This document shows positions 24,654 through 26,091 of a stretch of 26,091 bases of DNA, piece after piece (the stretch's first letter is position 1; every line of letters starts with the position of its first letter). The notes under the pieces are model-generated. The model did no database searches and was not told the origin of the DNA. It saw only the letters and a program-made list of their open reading frames with translations. A program made the translations under genes and the position numbers. Source of the DNA: a bacterium (GTDB lineage: Bacteria; Planctomycetota; UBA1135; UBA2386); contig DRKG01000355.1 of the NCBI GenBank assembly GCA_011051855.1, forward strand, positions 1 to 26,091, written 5' to 3'.

Positions 24654-25223
24654 ATGGAACCCTACGCTCCGATCCTCGAGTCGCTGCACGACAAGACCGA
24701 GAAGACGATGCAGCACCTGCGCGACCACCTCGCGCAGATCCGCACCGGTCGTGCCGCGCCGGCGCTGGTCGACACGTTGCGCGCCGACTACTACGGCACG
24801 CCGACGCCCTTGCAGCAGTTGGCGCACATCTCGGTGCCCGAACCGCGGCAGTTGTTGATCAAGCCGTTCGACGCCTCGCCCGACGTGCTCAAGGAGATCG
24901 AGAAGGCGATCCAGAAGTCGGACCTCGGCCTCAACCCGCAGACCGACGGCAAGGCGATCCGGCTGGTGATGCCGCCGCTCAGCGGGGAACAGCGCCAGAA
25001 GCTGGTCGGCAAGGTCAAGGAGATCGTCGAACAGAACCGCGTCGCGCTGCGCAACGAGCGGCGTGATGCCAACCGGCACGCAGACCAGATGAAGAAGGAC
25101 GGCGAGCTGACCGAGGACCAGTGCAAGCGGGTGCACGAGTTGGTCGACAAGGAGCTGAAGGCGGTCGAGGCGCGCATGGACGAGGTGCTCAAGGCCAAGA
25201 CCAAGGAAATCCTCGAGGACTGA
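24654..25223 (+). CDS. frr: Ribosome recycling factor, 189 aa
   Basis: IRTGRA, DYYG, DLGLNPQTDG, PPLSGEQR and RVALRNERRDA; canonical position after pyrH. Confidence 0.97.
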   Translation: MEPYAPILESLHDKTEKTMQHLRDHLAQIRTGRAAPALVDTLRADYYGTPTPLQQLAHISVPEPRQLLIKPFDASPDVLKEIEKAIQKSDLGLNPQTDGKAIRLVMPPLSGEQRQKLVGKVKEIVEQNRVALRNERRDANRHADQMKKDGELTEDQCKRVHELVDKELKAVEARMDEVLKAKTKEILED

Positions 25224-25343
25224 CCCGGGTCGGGTCCGCGGCATCGGGCCCGCGCCGTCGGGCGAACGGCATCCGCGGGGAGCAGGCTTGCGCCCGGAGC
25301 CCCCGCGCGGTCTCATCGTTGCCCCGTGTTCGCGGCGAACTCC

Positions 25344-25419
25344 GGGGGCGTAGCTCAGTCGGTAGAGCAGCGGCCTTTTAAGCCGGTGGTCGCAGGTTCG
25401 AGCCCTGCCGCCCCTACCA
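25344..25419 (+). tRNA. tRNA-Lys, anticodon UUU, CCA encoded
   Basis: Hand-folded 76-nt cloverleaf: acceptor GGGGGCG/CGCCCCT, D arm GCTC/GAGC, anticodon loop CTTTTAA, T arm GCAGG-TTCGAGC-CCTGC, ending ACCA. Confidence 0.96.
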
Positions 25420-25459
25420 CTTCCCGCCGCAGCCGGACCGGACTGCGCCCCCTCGTGCC

Positions 25460-25726
25460 ATGATCGATCCCGACTTCCTCGCCATGCTCGTGTGCCCGAC
25501 GAGTCGCCAGCCACTGCGCTGCGCCAGCGACGAGGAACTGCAGCGGATCAACGCCGTGATCGCGGCCGGCGACGCGCGCAATCGCGCTGGCTCGCCGGTG
25601 AGCGAACCGCTGGCCGAGGCGCTGGCCACCGCCGACGGTGCTTGGCTCTATCCGGTGCGAGATGGCATCCCGATCTTGCTTGCGCCCGAGGCGCTCGCCC
25701 TCGGTGCGGGTGCGGCGACCCGCTGA
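25460..25726 (+). CDS. Trm112-like (YcaR/UPF0434) protein, 88 aa
   Basis: LAMLVCP ... YPVRDGIPILL signature. Confidence 0.9.
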   Translation: MIDPDFLAMLVCPTSRQPLRCASDEELQRINAVIAAGDARNRAGSPVSEPLAEALATADGAWLYPVRDGIPILLAPEALALGAGAATR

Positions 25727-25868
25727 GCAAGCACCGATCGCGCCGGAGGAACGGCGCTCGGCTGGCGGCTGGTGAGCAGGTGTTGCCGATAGGGGGCTTC
25801 CGACTCTTGCAATTTGCCGGCGGAGGCTCGCGGCCGGCCGGCGAGTCGGTATTCTCTCTGCCCCTGCA

Positions 25869-26091
25869 ATGTCGACCAACCCCGAACAACCTCAGGCGAA
25901 GCCTGATCCCGATCACGAGTTCGACGAGCTCTCCGGTGTCTACGGCTTCTTTCGCCGCCACCAGAAACTGCTGCTCTACACGGCGGGTCTGTTCACCCTG
26001 CTGACGTTCTCGATTACCGCGTCGCTGCGCGGCGTGGTCAGTAGCTGGTTCCAGGAAGAGCGCGACCGCGGCTCGATCGTCGTCGGCGGCG
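25869..26091 (+). CDS. 5' part of a membrane-anchored protein running off the window; the N-terminus loosely resembles PpiD/SurA-like anchors
   Basis: ATG 25869 is open to the window end: MSTNPEQPQAKPDPDHEFDELSGVYGFFRRHQKLLLYTAGLFTLLTFSITASL..., basic residues followed by a hydrophobic helix. Confidence 0.65.
   Translation, partial: MSTNPEQPQAKPDPDHEFDELSGVYGFFRRHQKLLLYTAGLFTLLTFSITASLRGVVSSWFQEERDRGSIVVGG

Noticed and set aside
25344-26091. tRNA-Lys as an integration site for a genomic island
   Set aside because: The downstream gene is housekeeping-like (Trm112 family). There is no integrase, no duplicated tRNA 3' end and no obvious compositional shift.
1-26091. CRISPR arrays, IS elements, prophage or defence genes
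   Set aside because: No spaced direct repeats, terminal inverted repeats or transposase/integrase/phage motifs seen. The only tandem repeat noticed is the in-frame 12-mer in rpsB.

Overview
High-GC bacterial chromosomal window, densely coding, with no mobile elements or CRISPR arrays seen. A Planctomycetota/PVC origin is an inference from gene order and protein style. Left to right: (1) a translationally coupled glycan-biosynthesis operon on + (four GT2, one GT4, one PIG-L deacetylase, 1-5894); (2) a convergent minus-strand coaE-rho pair; (3) a membrane-anchored coiled-coil protein with a BRCT-like C-terminus, then tatC-cinA; (4) a coupled signalling module (1384-aa Ser/Thr kinase with large external region, lipoprotein, membrane-anchored PP2C phosphatase), followed by a lone pilC/gspF and a HAMP histidine kinase; (5) a convergent, overlapping pseudo-receiver/GGDEF gene; (6) the rpsB-tsf-pyrH-frr cluster, tRNA-Lys(UUU), a Trm112-like gene and a truncated membrane-protein ORF. 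The main finding is a full-length Rho homolog that keeps its primary RNA-binding motifs but has lost the Walker A GKT, the catalytic Glu and the Q/R-loop basic residues, so it is predicted to be ATPase-dead. All family assignments come from motifs read by eye; no searches were run.
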